64,000 bases of DNA from Leidyana gryllorum EB-2025a. Lineage: Eukaryota; Protista; Apicomplexa. The position numbers and the translations under genes are program-made. The notes under the pieces were generated by a model. That model saw only the letters and a list, made by a program, of their open reading frames with translations. It searched no databases and was not told where the DNA came from. The DNA lies in assembly GCA_048772705.1 (NCBI GenBank), contig JBLWGC010000230.1:1612001-1676000 (forward strand). The letters run 5' to 3'. The stretch's first letter is position 1. The number at the start of each line of letters is the position of its first letter. Below are positions 37,608-50,700 of the stretch, piece by piece.

Positions 37608-39223
37608 TCACGGACTTCGCATCATTTGCGGAGTTCTGAGGACGTCGCCATAAGACGTCACCGTGGAAGCGCTTCGTACGGGCTCTGGCTCGAGCCGCGC
37701 CACTTCTGTGGCACACTCAGGCTTGCGGTCCAAGTGTCGCCACACCAGTCCGAAGACAGTAGCGAAGCCGGTTAGCCACACACAGCTGAAAACTCCGAAT
37801 TGAATTCGATACGAGACAGCGTGTCCAATGTCCAGGACCCAACTTAGCATTTGACCCAATCCTTGAACAGATCGATACATCCCACAAATTCGTGATGCTT
37901 CCTTGGCGTCGATCGGCAGTGCACCGACAATCCATATGGCTGCCAAAGGGCATTCTCAAAGCTGCGAATTACATCCGTTTCCCTCACCGTAGGACTGACC
38001 GATCGTATCCAAAGCTCCATACAAAATGAAACACAGTAGCGGAGCAAATGCCAAGTCGTCGGATATGTCCAAACGCAGTCTGCCGCTATCTCCGTACCCT
38101 TCTCCGGCGTATGACCGTTCAAGACAGACATACAGGGCACAAGCCGTAGCCGCGCACCACACGCATCCAAGCAGTATGATTCCCCGAATGCCGCGCTTCC
38201 AATAGGAGGATCGCTTGGAGTCTAAACAGAGTTGTAGTGGAACCGTTGCTGCAATTCTCGACACCCAATAAAACGCCGAATTGGCAGCCCGACTTCGAAC
38301 ATTGAAATATCCAGCATTTAGCCAGTTGAATACAAATACCAGGTGCCATGTACTCGTCAGGAATAACAGAAACAGATATACAGTGTACCTGCGGCGTCAA
38401 CGATCTCGTCCATCAATATTGAGGGGGAGGGGGAGTGGGGAAGACTGGGAGGATTCGGAGGACTGGGAGATTTCGGAGGATTCGAAGGATTGGGAGGAGT
38501 CCATTGCCCAGTCACTCACTTGTGGGTTGCAGCTTTCCATAGATTTTGCAGCTCCTGAAGAGGAGGTGTGGGTTGCGGCTTGACGTTGTTGAATGGAGGG
38601 GGATGGACATCCTGTGGGTTCCGCATGAAACCGCTCAGGAGGCAGGCGGCACACATGATAACGATGATGGAAAGATAGCTGGTGGAGCTCATGGTGGCAG
38701 AGGTGCCCTGTTGCAGTGTTGGGTTGCTATTCATGAAGAAGGATATCAGCGCTCCCGTTACGGCTCCACAGTTGTAGATGAGGTTGAAAACGGTCATTGC
38801 ACGCCCTCGTTCAGATTGTCGTGGGTAGAAGAGCAAGACGAAGCTGACCGCAGACCAGAGGAATGTGGCACCAATTCCATCAACGAAGGCTGTACAAACT
38901 ACGAGAGAGGCAGGCACGGCTCTATGGAAGGCATATAGATAGAACATCGACACGAGAGAGGCTATAGTGATCGATCCCGCCAGGATGGACATACGCGGTC
39001 CCATAACATTGACGACACTCCCGCCCACAAAGCCGAGTAATGAGTATCCGGCGGAGAAGGAGGTGTTAACGAGAGTGGCAAGCTTAACTTCGGAGGTCCC
39101 AGCGCCACCCAAAGCATTGAGGGCAGACCACATGCCTCGAGTCCCGAACCCAATCAGTGCGAGGATGCATATCTGACTCCAAGTCCAACCAATCCAGTTC
39201 GCGTTGTTACCGTCCTTGCTCAT
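37608..39223 (-). CDS. UNC-93-like (DUF895) MFS transporter, NGT1/NOPE1-like candidate GlcNAc transporter
   Basis: QICILALIGFGTRGMWSALNALGGAG, GFVGGSVVNVMGPR, GIGATFLWSA, YPRQSERGRA, FNVRSRAANSAFYW, GMYRSVQGLG. About 12 TM segments, 2 introns. Confidence 0.8.
38443..38499 (+). repeat. Imperfect 9-bp tandem repeat in the UNC-93-like gene intron
   Basis: gactgggag gattcggag gactgggag atttcggag gattcgaag gattgggag. Confidence 0.75.
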
Positions 39224-39257
39224 TTAGAAGATTGGCGAGAAAAAGATTTCCTCCTCA

Positions 39258-41816
39258 CTAGGAGAACTGCGAAAGTCTCTCTCTAAACCAGCGATCGCCA
39301 GTGGTTGTAGTTTCCTCTCTACATAGTTCCTCTCCGCCTAGCGAAGCCCCCTCAGTCAAGTACAGAGTGCGCGGCGTTATTGTCGCACCATCTTCGCTTG
39401 AGTTTACCTGCCAAGAGCTTCTACTCTCAGGCCGAGGCCGACGACGACGACGGCGGAGGGGCTCGCAGCTGGCTGGCGGAGGCCGATTTACTGTAGGGCG
39501 CCAGCTTTGTGGAGTTGCATTATCGTTCTCCTTGTTGGCGGACTCTGATGTTTCTAAGTACTCACAACAAGGCAGGTCTCCCGTATAGTCCCCAGGATAC
39601 ATTCCTCTCCTCATGTTGGGTAAACAATCACTGCACAGAACATCCAAACTTGTCACAAGTCGTTCTATCTCCAAACGAGCGCTGATCATCAGAGCATCTT
39701 GAAATCCAACTGGCCAACCTCACCGAATCAGTGGGGATTTTTCAAATGCCATTAACATTCCCTCGTTCAAGTACCACGAGACATCTTTGTCCCGGGTGAT
39801 GTTTGCAGCCGCAAGACGATGAGACCAGAATATACGTCTCGGTAGCATCGTAACATCTCCGTGATACGTCTACCGCCCGAAACTTGGTCGTCAAAAACGA
39901 GGGAGGCACGCACCTGGTTCAGAAAACGAGAGGGAGACATTCCTCTGATGGATGGCCACACGTCCAGTGAGGTGCCTATTCGAACTATACTAGCCATCAC
40001 TTCTCGGAAGAACTCTTCCATTTTTCCCAATACAGCCAACACTGAGGCTCCATATTGCACAATGCATTGACGTGCCGGTCGTCCAGCACGAGCTCGACTC
40101 TACAAACACATCCAAACCCAACCACTAAAGACCGACCTGTAGACCCAGGAAAGGGTACACGTGTGGATTAACTTGGGCAACAATACTGAATCCAATACCA
40201 AACTCGCGATTTATTTGATGTAACGGCACATCCGCTGCTAGACTGCCGTCTCTGAAGGGCAGCGCGAGAAATCTGGCTGATGGGCAGATATCTCCATTCG
40301 CCCGCTTCTCGTTCAGAGTGAAAGGAGCCGCCAGCAGCGGGAAAGCAGATGAGGCCAGAATTGCAGAAGTTAAAACCACATCAGGCGCTGTTTTATAATT
40401 CAATAGGTAATTACTGTCACCCGAGGAGACATCAGCGCGGCATACAGATATATTAAGCACACGATCTGCAACCAAATCACAAAATCGTCAAAACCCAAAC
40501 TGTGTTGTTCTCACTCGTCAGTTCAAAAGCCTCTTTGAAGCTAAGATCAGCATAGATGCGACGGGCACATTGAAGCCACTTATCTTTCGTGCACAAATGA
40601 CCCATGAAGAATAGATTAGATATCTTGTTCCAGATGCTCGACTGCTCAAACGGCGCAAACACCCGTGCGAAGACATCTCCTTCGAGTTCGCGCTCCAAGT
40701 CGGAACCGGAACGAGTCGCCAACCACGCAGCCACTGCTGAGCCCGCCGAACATCCCACCAAGTAATCGGGTACGAGGTCCTGCTTCAGCAAGGCTTTGCC
40801 CACGCCGAACTGCACAAAAAGTCAACATCAGCTCCCAGAGGATTGATGACCACACCACGCAGACACGCAGGGAAAAATTACAGTCAAGTTCACTCCAGTG
40901 ATCACGATCACAAGTTCGACGCATCGACGGCCACGGCCGATGAGAACCGGGTACCAGCCGTCCCCAGAAGCAGCACACACACAATGAGGATGGGCTGCCA
41001 GACACACAGATGTGATGCTCTCTGTGGGAATAGTAGCAGAAAGTTGAGGGTGGCGTCTCGCAGTAGCTCGACCACTCACTTCCCAGTTTCGGCTCCGAGC
41101 GAGTGCAGAGGTGCGTAGCTTACGTGATGAAATCCGATCATGCCACCACCTGAGAGGTAGAGGGCTGTATGCCCCCACGAGGCGGCAAAGTGATGAACAA
41201 AGCGACACACTTCGAGACAGGGGGTTTCTCGGAATGTATGGGTTCGACAATGACACAACAAGAAGTGAAGACTCGCTTTCAGCTCTTCGAAGAATTCTTC
41301 AATTTGCTCTTTCGTTCCCCAATGACAATAGCTGAATACCTCCTCTGTGAACACCCCCCCGAACTTCAAAGTCTGGGCAGTGGCCAACACATTGCAGACC
41401 TTGTGCACACGCCCCGCAGCACGATGACCTCTCAACGCACGTGTCCACATCTCGACACTCCTCCAATCATAGCATGAAGACCATAATTCTTTCTTCCATT
41501 TCTCACATCCCGAAGCAATGTCCAGCATCCGAGCGATGGCCTCATACTCCTCAATACTGGTGGCTCGGTCAAGCTGACGACGTAATTGTCGCACCGACTT
41601 CTCCATCCCAATCCAACATATCGTTCGGATACATAGACGAGTGAATAGGAAACATATCAGATTAGCCACTCCCAACAGTACAAACGGAAAGGACAAAATC
41701 ATACGCAACGCCACCCCACGATGCTGACCAAACAAACGCTCTACCGTTGTCTTCGATCGCATAACAATCTCGGACTTCGAGACTCGACGTCGACGTCTAG
41801 TTCGGATCTCCATCAT
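39258..41816 (-). CDS. Patatin-domain triacylglycerol lipase (SDP1/TGL3-5 type, DUF3336 N-terminus)
   Basis: LYLSGGGMIGFHHFGV oxyanion motif, GCSAG nucleophile elbow, YLLNYKTAPDVVLTSAILASSAFP, RDGSLAADVP, AQVNPH. Intron 40810-41123 and others. Confidence 0.9.
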
Positions 41817-41825
41817 ACATGATCC

Positions 41826-42598
41826 TCACCCGGATGCTGACAGCCTTTTTTCACGAACCAACACTTCGCGAACAAATCGGATAAAGAAAGTGACAGACCT
41901 GTGTCCTGCTTTGGGGTCTGGGGCCACGTGAGCCGCGACTGACGCCGGCTGCAACTACCTTGCTCCCCAGTCCAACACAAAAAAGAACTCACGAACTCGG
42001 CCCCGCAAAGAATCCCCTCAATGATGCCAGCTCCATAGGCCCCACAGTTGATGAAGCCGTCGCCCATCGCCGGGGCAGTGTAACGTGTCAGCATGAACTT
42101 CTTGTCGTTGATCATATCTGTCGTCAGCCAGTGATCGGTTCGGAAACCCCCCCAACCACTCACATTCATTCTCGTCTTCTTGACTCTTAAATAGTTCCCC
42201 GGTACGACCGAAAAGCATCCGCCAGCAGGTTGTAGATATGAACGACAAGATGCTAACTAGCTTCAGCTCCCGCTTCAACGTCTTCTCCCTGCTTGACGCT
42301 AGCAAAAGCACTCGATAACCAACGCGTACACCCATTTCGTGCAACCTGCAAGTTACTATCGCCTAAGATCACCACATTTACACCAGTACTTGTCCTCCAA
42401 CTCGGAAGCTTGACGCGTCTGGGTCATGCAGTACTGGACAGTTGCGGCAAACAGGAAGCTGACTGTTGACACCGCCACCTACATTTGCACATCCGAGAGA
42501 GGGTGGCACACACGTGTGCTGACCTCCTGCTTCTCCCGTTTCACCAACGGACGACCCAGAATCGAGTTGTCCGACCTATCTTGTCCTTCACCAACCAT
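41826..42598 (-). CDS. TRAPPC5: TRAPP complex subunit 5 (Trs31)
   Basis: SILGRPL...EVAVSTVSFLF...VQYC, LHEMGVRVGYRVL, NCGAYGAGIIEGILCGAEFPASVAAH. Four introns. Confidence 0.92.
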
Positions 42599-42624
42599 CT
42601 AAAATTTATCGAATTGGGGATTCC
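42599..42624. promoter_or_regulatory. Putative minimal bidirectional promoter/initiator (TRAPPC5/MQO)
   Basis: 26 nt between divergent ATGs; contains AAAATTTA. Confidence 0.45.
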
Positions 42625-44427
42625 ATGTCTGCTGTGGTGCCACTTGTGCACAAGGCCTCGCCTCTACCGCTTGGCTTGAGGCCGAGCGTCTTTCGCTATG
42701 GCGCCAGTGCCAAAGCCTATTCTCAGCTTGGCACCACTCGCAGGACACCCAGTTCGCTCCTAGGGCAGCGTCGGACTGCTATGATCAAGCCGGAGCAAAT
42801 GAATCTGAGCAAGACTGCTCACTTCGATGCCGGGCTTCCGGAGAACGCAGACGTGGTCATCGTCGGTGGTGGTGTCACGGGCACAGCCTTACTCTACGAA
42901 TTGGCTGAATTCACAGGTATGTCAACGCGGCCGACATGTCTCGATGGAATTTCTATATCCAGATCTATCGCGAGTATTGCTCTTGGAGCGCCGTTCCGAA
43001 TTCGCTCGAGTCGCTTCAGGTCCAAACAATAACAGTCAAACCATTCACTGCGGTGACATAGAAACCAACTATACGCCGCAGAAGGCAGCAAACGTTCAGC
43101 GGCTGGCTAACATGCTGCGTAACTTTGCTACAAAGCTGCCAAAAGAAGAACGAGCCAAGTGAGTGCAATTTGCTTCTGCAGCATGATGAGATAATCGTCC
43201 AGGGCTGTGGCTCGTATGCAGAAAATGGCCATTGGAGTCGGTGACGAAGAATGCGCAAAAATGGAGAAGCGCTACCAGGACTTCAAGCCAGTTTTCAAGA
43301 AACTGCAGCTCCTCAACAAGGAACAGATCGCCAAAGTAGAGCCTGCAGTCGCGTATGCGAACCTGCAGACGAAGAAATTCCGTCGAGAACCCGTTGTTGC
43401 CAACTATGTTCCTCACGAACACTCGGCGGTGGACTACTTCCATTTGTCCAACTCTTTCGTTCGCATGGCGGAAGTTGGACGCAATTGTCGCGACGTAAGT
43501 ATATCCTGAGGCTGCGGCGTGTGAGTGAAAGATTGGCAGATACGTGCGATTCTTGGATGTGCCATGTGGGACATCCAACGTTTGGACAACGGAAATTGGC
43601 GTGTGTTCACTAACAAGGGACCGGTTGACGCTCGGTTCGTGGTTGTTGCGGCCTGTGGCCATTCCCTTTTGCAAGCTCATCGTCTGGGATTTGCTACCCA
43701 TTTCTCCTGCTTGCCGGTGGCAGGATCTTTCTACTTCGGGCCCCAGGTATGGTTTGCGCATCGATTTATATAGCAGACCCCTTCTGCAGATTTTGAAAGG
43801 AAAAGTATATGCCGTTCAAAATCCCCTGCTGCCATTCGCTGCTGTACACGGCGATCCTGATTTGGTGGCTGGCCGAAAGACCCGTTTCGGACCAACGGCA
43901 CTTCCTCTTCCTCTGTTGGAGCGCTACAATTGGAGAACCTTCTGGGACTTCATGGAAGTCCTGAAGCCAACTCCTGGCCTCTTCAAGGTGTACTGGGATT
44001 TGTTCAAAGTCCGTACTATCCGTAACTACATGATCAAGAATTTGCTATTTGAGGTTCCGATCGTGAATGACAGATTGTTCCTGAACGTGAGTGACTGGAT
44101 GCTGTCCTTTGTTTATACTTAAAGCAGGATGTCCGCAAAATTGTTCCATGCCTTGAAAAAGGTGACCTGAAGTATGCCCATGGATTCGGCGGTGTGCGTC
44201 CACAACTGATCGACAAGAAGGAACGCAAGCTGCTCTTGGGAGAAGGGAAGATCTCTCCCGAAAATGAGCGCATTATCTTCAATGTCACCCCCTCTCCTGG
44301 TGGCACAACATGTCTCGGGAATGCTCAGACCGATATGATGAAAATTGTCAAACACTTGGGGTGCAATTTCAATGCGAAGGCGTTTAAAGCTACACTGCTG
44401 GATGGAGAATATCCGGTTGAAGAGTGA
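42625..44427 (+). CDS. MQO: Malate:quinone oxidoreductase with N-terminal mitochondrial-type presequence
   Basis: DVVIVGGGVTG (FAD binding), NNSQTIHCGDIETNY, LPVAGSFY, PLLPFAAVHGDPD, TRFGPTA, GFGGVRPQLID, FNVTPSPGGTTCLGNA. Arg/Ser-rich, acid-free N-terminus. Confidence 0.92.
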
Positions 44428-44745
44428 AAACGTCCTGATGAAGTACTTAAGACACATTTTTGATACAAACGTTCAAGCCCTCTTTCTCGTGAGTAGGCCA
44501 ACGGGAAGAATCCACAAACGAAGACTGATCGAAGACAGACATGTGCCATTCGGCGAGAGAATCAGCAATACGCACTTGGTCTCAATACATGATATCTTAC
44601 ACATCTACACATTGTAGAGCTACTTTTTGGCTCCCCAGACTTGAGTGAATGCGTAGTTGACTCCTAAGCCTCTTCTTGGAACTATTCTCCCGCAAACGGC
44701 AATTAGATGCATTAGTGATATGTCACTGGAGGAAAAAAAGCTTGG

Positions 44746-47700
44746 ATGAATGGTGAGTGATTGTGGCGGGTACACCGGAGCAGATGCTGCCATTATAGAC
44801 AATCAGCGTGGTCTTCGTCCGCCTGTAAACCTGATATGTCTGTCTGACAATGAAGATATGGAGGATGACGAGGAGGTGGACGTTGCGACCCTTATGCTCC
44901 AACGGGTCGGCCGGACAGTGAAGCCGGAGGGACAAGTCTCCCGTGGTTCAAACATCATATTACTGTTGGACGACTCTGACGACGAGGATACGACAACCAC
45001 CAGCCGCAAGAGTAAGGGTGCGCTGAATTGCCTGCCCGAAGAAGAGCTGGAAGTGAGCTCCGAAAGCTCAGGTGAGAAGGCTTGTGACCGGCATAGATGT
45101 CCTACGTACAGAGAATTCTTTGAGTGTGGAGATCCCATCAACGGTGACTATTCCGCTTCCGACCACCCATTCGCCATCGACGGCAGATGGCTCGGTGATC
45201 ATCGATGTACGTTTCGAGAACACCGCAGATCGCTCTCGCAAGGTCGACCAGGCAGCCGAGAAGGCTGTTCAGACGAGTGATGCGGGTGAGATGAGGAGTC
45301 GAAGGAGTGTGGGAATAAGTACGGAGATAGTAGCGGTCGAGGCGGGCACCGCGGCGACTGGCGAAACCACTACTGCGGGCACGTCATCTAAGAAGGAAAG
45401 GATACGATCCTGGAGCAAAGCTGTGCGAAGTCAAGTGAGCTTAAACGTCCCCATTTCCGTGATTGAGATCGAGGAGGAGGTATCCTCTCCAGCCGCCGCA
45501 GAAGTGACTTCTGAGAAATCCGACAGAGGCAACAAGTCGGGTATCCGCGAGCACAAGACTGCACCAGCAGTCTTACGTCAACAAGAGACTGATTCTGCTT
45601 CTCGGCCTTCAAGTGGAAAGGCAGCCAAGAGTGGTCGATCGAAGAAGGCTGGTACAACGTCGAGCACTTCCTCACCGGGGGTCTCGGAGCTGAGCAGTGG
45701 GGAACCAGAAGCTAAGGAACCGAAAGTCGCGACGTCAGAAGCTAAGGAACCGAAAGTTGTGGCGACAGAAGCCGTTGGAACAAACATTGCGGAGTCCAAA
45801 GTCGTGGAACCGCAACCTATGGCATCCACTCCTGTTGAAGAAGTTCCGGCGGTGGCTGTACAGGAAGTTTCAGCAGTTCCGAGCGATGAGGAGGAGTTGC
45901 CGCCCACCCTGGAGCTGTGGGTTGAGGAGCCATCAGATGGGGTGAATCCTTTGGCAGAGCTGCTCAGTACGGATCCTCCCGCAAGATGTGAGGAGCCAAA
46001 AGAAGCCTCCATCATGGATCCGCTGCCTTCGAAGGAAGCCGATGTAGTGACACCCCCCGAGGAATCAACAACAACAGCGGAAGCGGAAGTCACTGAAACT
46101 GTTCAAATGGCGGAATTGGCGGAAGAATCTGATTCACTGCGTCTACCCTTAGCGATGGAGGAGTGCCTTCCATCGAGCATTGAGGAGAACCGAAGGGCTC
46201 TGGATGACTCGCCCACAACTGAAATCGAATGTACCCCTTCGGTTGGCAATTCGAACGGTATTGACAAAGCAGCGCTATCCGGCATCGGTCTGGAGAGTCT
46301 CTTCTCCAGCGGGGACACCCGTCCAGAGAGTTCTGAAGGAGGAGAGGACCAAGACCTCACCCCGTCAGCCGACTTGATGATCGAAAGTCTACTTCTCGAT
46401 GTGTCCCCACAGGCGACAGATGGCCCAGAGGAGGCAGGGCTCGCCGCCAAGACGCTGGCCGTTGCGATGCGGCAGGCTGAGAAGGAGGAGAAGGGCACAG
46501 AGGCAGTTGGAGACGGAGACGTAGAAGTGGACCCTCAGCAAGAATCGTCGGCTCCAGCCTCTGCCACTGCCACTATCACCCCGTCGGAAGAGCCGAATAC
46601 GAAGGAAACTGTCATTGGCGGCGGGGACGGCGACGTCAACGACGAAACAGCGCCGACAGACGCGACGCGAACTGCAGAGGTGTCAAGGGAGGATGAGGTT
46701 GGAAGGATGGACGATGATGATGATAGGGCTGTTGAGGAAGAAGCCGCTGAGAAGGGGTCAGAAGAGACGGAAGATAGGCCGTCTGAGACGTCTAATGCGA
46801 TTTTGAGTGAGACACCGTCGGAGGAATGCAATGAGGAGCAACATGGGCTAAAACGACAGCGGACGAATTTTGAGTCTGACGGTGCCGAGTCGAGGGCAGC
46901 GGATATCTCGTCGTCCCCCTCTGAGGAAGAAGAAATAGTCTCCAGCGAGATAGGCGCGTACCTGTCGTCGCCAAAACGTCGCAGACTCTGCTCGGATGAG
47001 CAGAGCAATGAGGTGGTGGGTCCCAGCGACTCGATGTCGAGCAGCCTTGAGAACTGTGATAACCTGACGAGTGAGGAGACGACGACACTGCAAGCAGCGG
47101 AGCCAATGCATAGTGACACTGTTACGGTTGCGACTGCGACTGCGACTGTGGAGAACCCACAGAGCAGTGAGTCCGAAGGTCTCCAGAGTCTCAAGAGAGG
47201 GCGAAAGCGAGTGACTTGGGATGTGCGGCCACCAGTGAGGGCACTGTTACCCCGATATCCGGCCGAATTGGGCAGTGACGACGAGCAGAATGAATCTTCT
47301 TCGTCCTCCAGACACTCACCCCCGAGGAAGCGAGCGAGAAGTATGTCTATGAGTCAGACTGGGCTACTGGAGAGTGGATGTCAGTGGGGCGTCGTTCCCG
47401 CTACTGAGGAGCCCGAGAGCAGCTGTTCTGTGGTGAATGTGGTGGACATTGAGGAAACAGAGACGGAAGGTGCGGGTGTGGTGTGTGAAACGCAGTCGGA
47501 GACGGCAGTTTTGGAAGATAAGGTCAGCAGCGGCTCTGAAGCTGCTGAAGACTTGAGGTCAGCTGCTGTTGTGTCGAGCAGCTGGGCTATGGAGGAGTCA
47601 AGTGAGGAGGGGATGACGGAGCACAGCGAAGATGGGGCAGCAGCTGTGACGGAGGAAGAGAAAGAGTGTGAGGAGGGCAGCGAAGGTGCAGTGTTCTTGT

Positions 47701-50700
47701 CAGCGACAGAAGTGATGTCAGCGACAGACGGCTGTGAAGGGGAGGCAGAAGAGTTGTCGTCGAGTATCCCGCTGCAGCAAACGAGTGAGGAGACAGAGGT
47801 GTTTACACCGCTGCCTCCGAGTCATCAAGATGGGTTTTCGAGGGAAGAGAGTAACGATGGATTGGGTTCTTCTCCTCCGAGTTGTTCAACGGCGGCGACA
47901 ACACCGACGGGCTCCTCGTCCTCGCCCACCACGGAGAGTGTGTCGACTCCACAACAGATTGCAACAAGTGAAACACATAAAAGTTCGCCGAGACTGAAGA
48001 GATCTAAAGCCCCGGCTGAAGAAGAAGTGTGTTCTGAACCGTCTCCGCTGCTGAGTGCGTTGAAGAGTTATGCTGCACAGCAGGAGCGGGGTAGGAGAGG
48101 AGGGAGTCTAAGGGCTGTAAAAGCAGCGGCAAAGACTGGAGGACGGAAACATGGTGAGAAAGTATCGAAAGCAGCGGGTTCGTCGGCGGTTCGTCGTCGG
48201 CCGGCGTCCCCGGAGTTGGCAGGAGCTGGGGAGATATGGATTGAATTAAGTGGCGATGAAGAAGAGTATCAGAGTGCCAGTCAAGCTGAGTTACTGCAAG
48301 AGACTATTCGTCGAAGCTATGATGAAATCAGACGAGATGAGGTGAGAATAGTGACCGGGGTGCCGGTTGAATTGTGTAATACACCTATGTGCACCTTGTG
48401 GAAAAATAAAAATAGTTGGGCCATGACCGAATGAGGAGGGGTTTATTACATGTCCAGGAAACATCACTAACCAAAGTACTTATTGACTGTTGTCGATCAA
48501 GTGACAAAAGATGGGATGAACTATTGCTCGATTTCAATGAGTTCGGTCGTCAATATTGCTCTACAGAGGACGAACAGAAATGTTCACTATACGCTTTGGT
48601 AGACTGGTTGCGGAGCCAACAGAAGAACAATACACTAAGAAGGGTACGACAAGCCAAACTCTGGGGATCCAATGTCCGCTACAAACGTCTCCACGGCAAA
48701 GGAGGCGGAGGCTCTGCTCACTCTTATCGAGCGAGCCCCCATCGGCAACGGAGAGTCCTCTATAGACCACCGTCAACCCCTTGGAATAGTAACTCTCTCG
48801 AGTCAGAGCCGACCCTTCTCGCCGCCCCTCCTCGTCCTGGAGGAGACGGCTTCGCGAATAAAACGAGTCTCTGTCGGACTCTCGGACTGTGTTTGGAGGA
48901 CGTCGAAACCTTACGGAGCCTAATGGACCTCCAAACGCAACTTACAGTGTGGTGCCACCAATATCTTGAGACCAATAAGGCTCGTCAAGAAATCGCTGGA
49001 ACGCCCTGCCCTCTGCGTTATATTCTCTATTTAGCTTCCGACAGTATCTCGGGTCCGCGGTATTTCCTTACAGCGGGTGACGACGGCTTCATCAAAGTCT
49101 TCGAAGTCAACACGGCCATTCTGAGTATGAGTCTCAAGAGGCACTTTTGGTCTGTCAGTTGCCCGCCTGCCGGGCCGCTCCGTCTGCCGAACGACACAGC
49201 ACTCATCGTGACGGGATGTTTGGTCGGACACATACGGTTATGGCTGCTGAGCACTGCCATGGACTCCTCGGGATGGTTTCCGAGTACAGTCGTACCGATG
49301 AATGGACCGATTGTACGCACTGAAGTTTTCAACCTTCCGCACAACAACCATAAAGTCTTGGTTGGCATCAGCGAGAAGGGCGATATCAATATATACGATC
49401 TCGACAAATTGATTCGATTCTGTGATCCTAAGAGTCGTGGCGGGATGGGCGCTCCACCGGGAAGTGTGTGTGGAGAGGAATATGGACTGCTCCACACGAT
49501 CAAATCGCGTTTCCCGAACGAGACTTACGGAGTCATTTATGCGAACATCGCTCGTCTCGAGGAGAAAGAGCTGTCCTATGACGGCATACGTTTGTACATC
49601 ACCATCAGTATTGATGCCAATGTAGCTACGACCGCTGTACCGGAACGACAGCCGGCACGTCCCAACGCCGAGCCACACGAGTACGACAATGACTCGGAAT
49701 CCATCTCTTTAGTTACGCGACTCCGCAGGGGTTTCCGGAGGAACGGACTCGTCAATGATCCCTCGGTGACAACCTCTGACGACAATCCCTTTGTCGTCAC
49801 TCCCGAACCTGCTGCTGCTGCTTCGAGTAGTCGATATAAGATGCCTCGATACATTCGTCCCATAGGCAACAAGTCGGAATTCAGATGGCCATCTCCTGCG
49901 AGTAATAGCGCAAAATCGATCGGTTTTGAGGTCGCCCTGGACGTCGACATGACGGAAGGGGAAGTCACCAACATTTCTGATTTGTCCCACTATGTCCCTT
50001 CCCCTCCTCCTCCCGCCGACTCCTTGGCCCCCCCGGACGCTCCCACTCTCGATCCTTCTTCTCCCGTCCCCACTACCCAACTCCTCGACCACCGGTCCAA
50101 TCTCATCATCACTGGAGATGATTTGACAGTTGAGATGCGGTGTCTGGGGGACAATGGGTCATCACCCTGGCAGCGGCCCACCCCTCTCCGGATGTACACC
50201 CGTCGGATGATTTTTGCTGCGTCCTCTCCCCCGGCGGCAGCCAAACAACAACAGCCCGCGACTGCTTCCCAGCAGCAACAAGACACCACTTTATCTGCGC
50301 AGTCGGATGGGGAGAGCCGCTTATTCCTCCCGTCATCGATCCTCAATCGGTTCCGCAGCAAGGTGCCCCGAGAGGCAGCGCTGGAGGCCCAGAGGGCACT
50401 GCTCCGCAAGAGCGCTCCGAAATTCGCCACTTTGATGTCGGCCGCCGCACTCAATTGCAACAAGGATTCTTTGTTTATTGCTGAGAGCGTTTTCACGGGC
50501 ATTCGAAGAACGAAGAACATCTTCAAAGTCCAAACTCGCAAGACTGGGATAGCAATGTTCAACACTGAAAACGGTGACCTCGAGGGAACTCTCTTTTATG
50601 ACGAGAGTGACACCAAACGGGTCAGACAGTACCACTATATTGTCACTGTCCTATGTCCCCACCCGTGGCTGCCCTCTGTGGTGCTCATCGCAGACCATCA

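Noticed and set aside
38443-38499. Repeat array as CRISPR-like element
   Set aside because: 9-bp degenerate minisatellite without spacers, inside a eukaryotic intron.
42625-44427. MQO as a novel horizontal transfer
   Set aside because: This bacterial-like MQO is an established apicomplexan mitochondrial enzyme.
45578-47194. Long Ser-rich minus-strand ORFs
   Set aside because: Antisense mirrors of the Glu-rich low-complexity exon.
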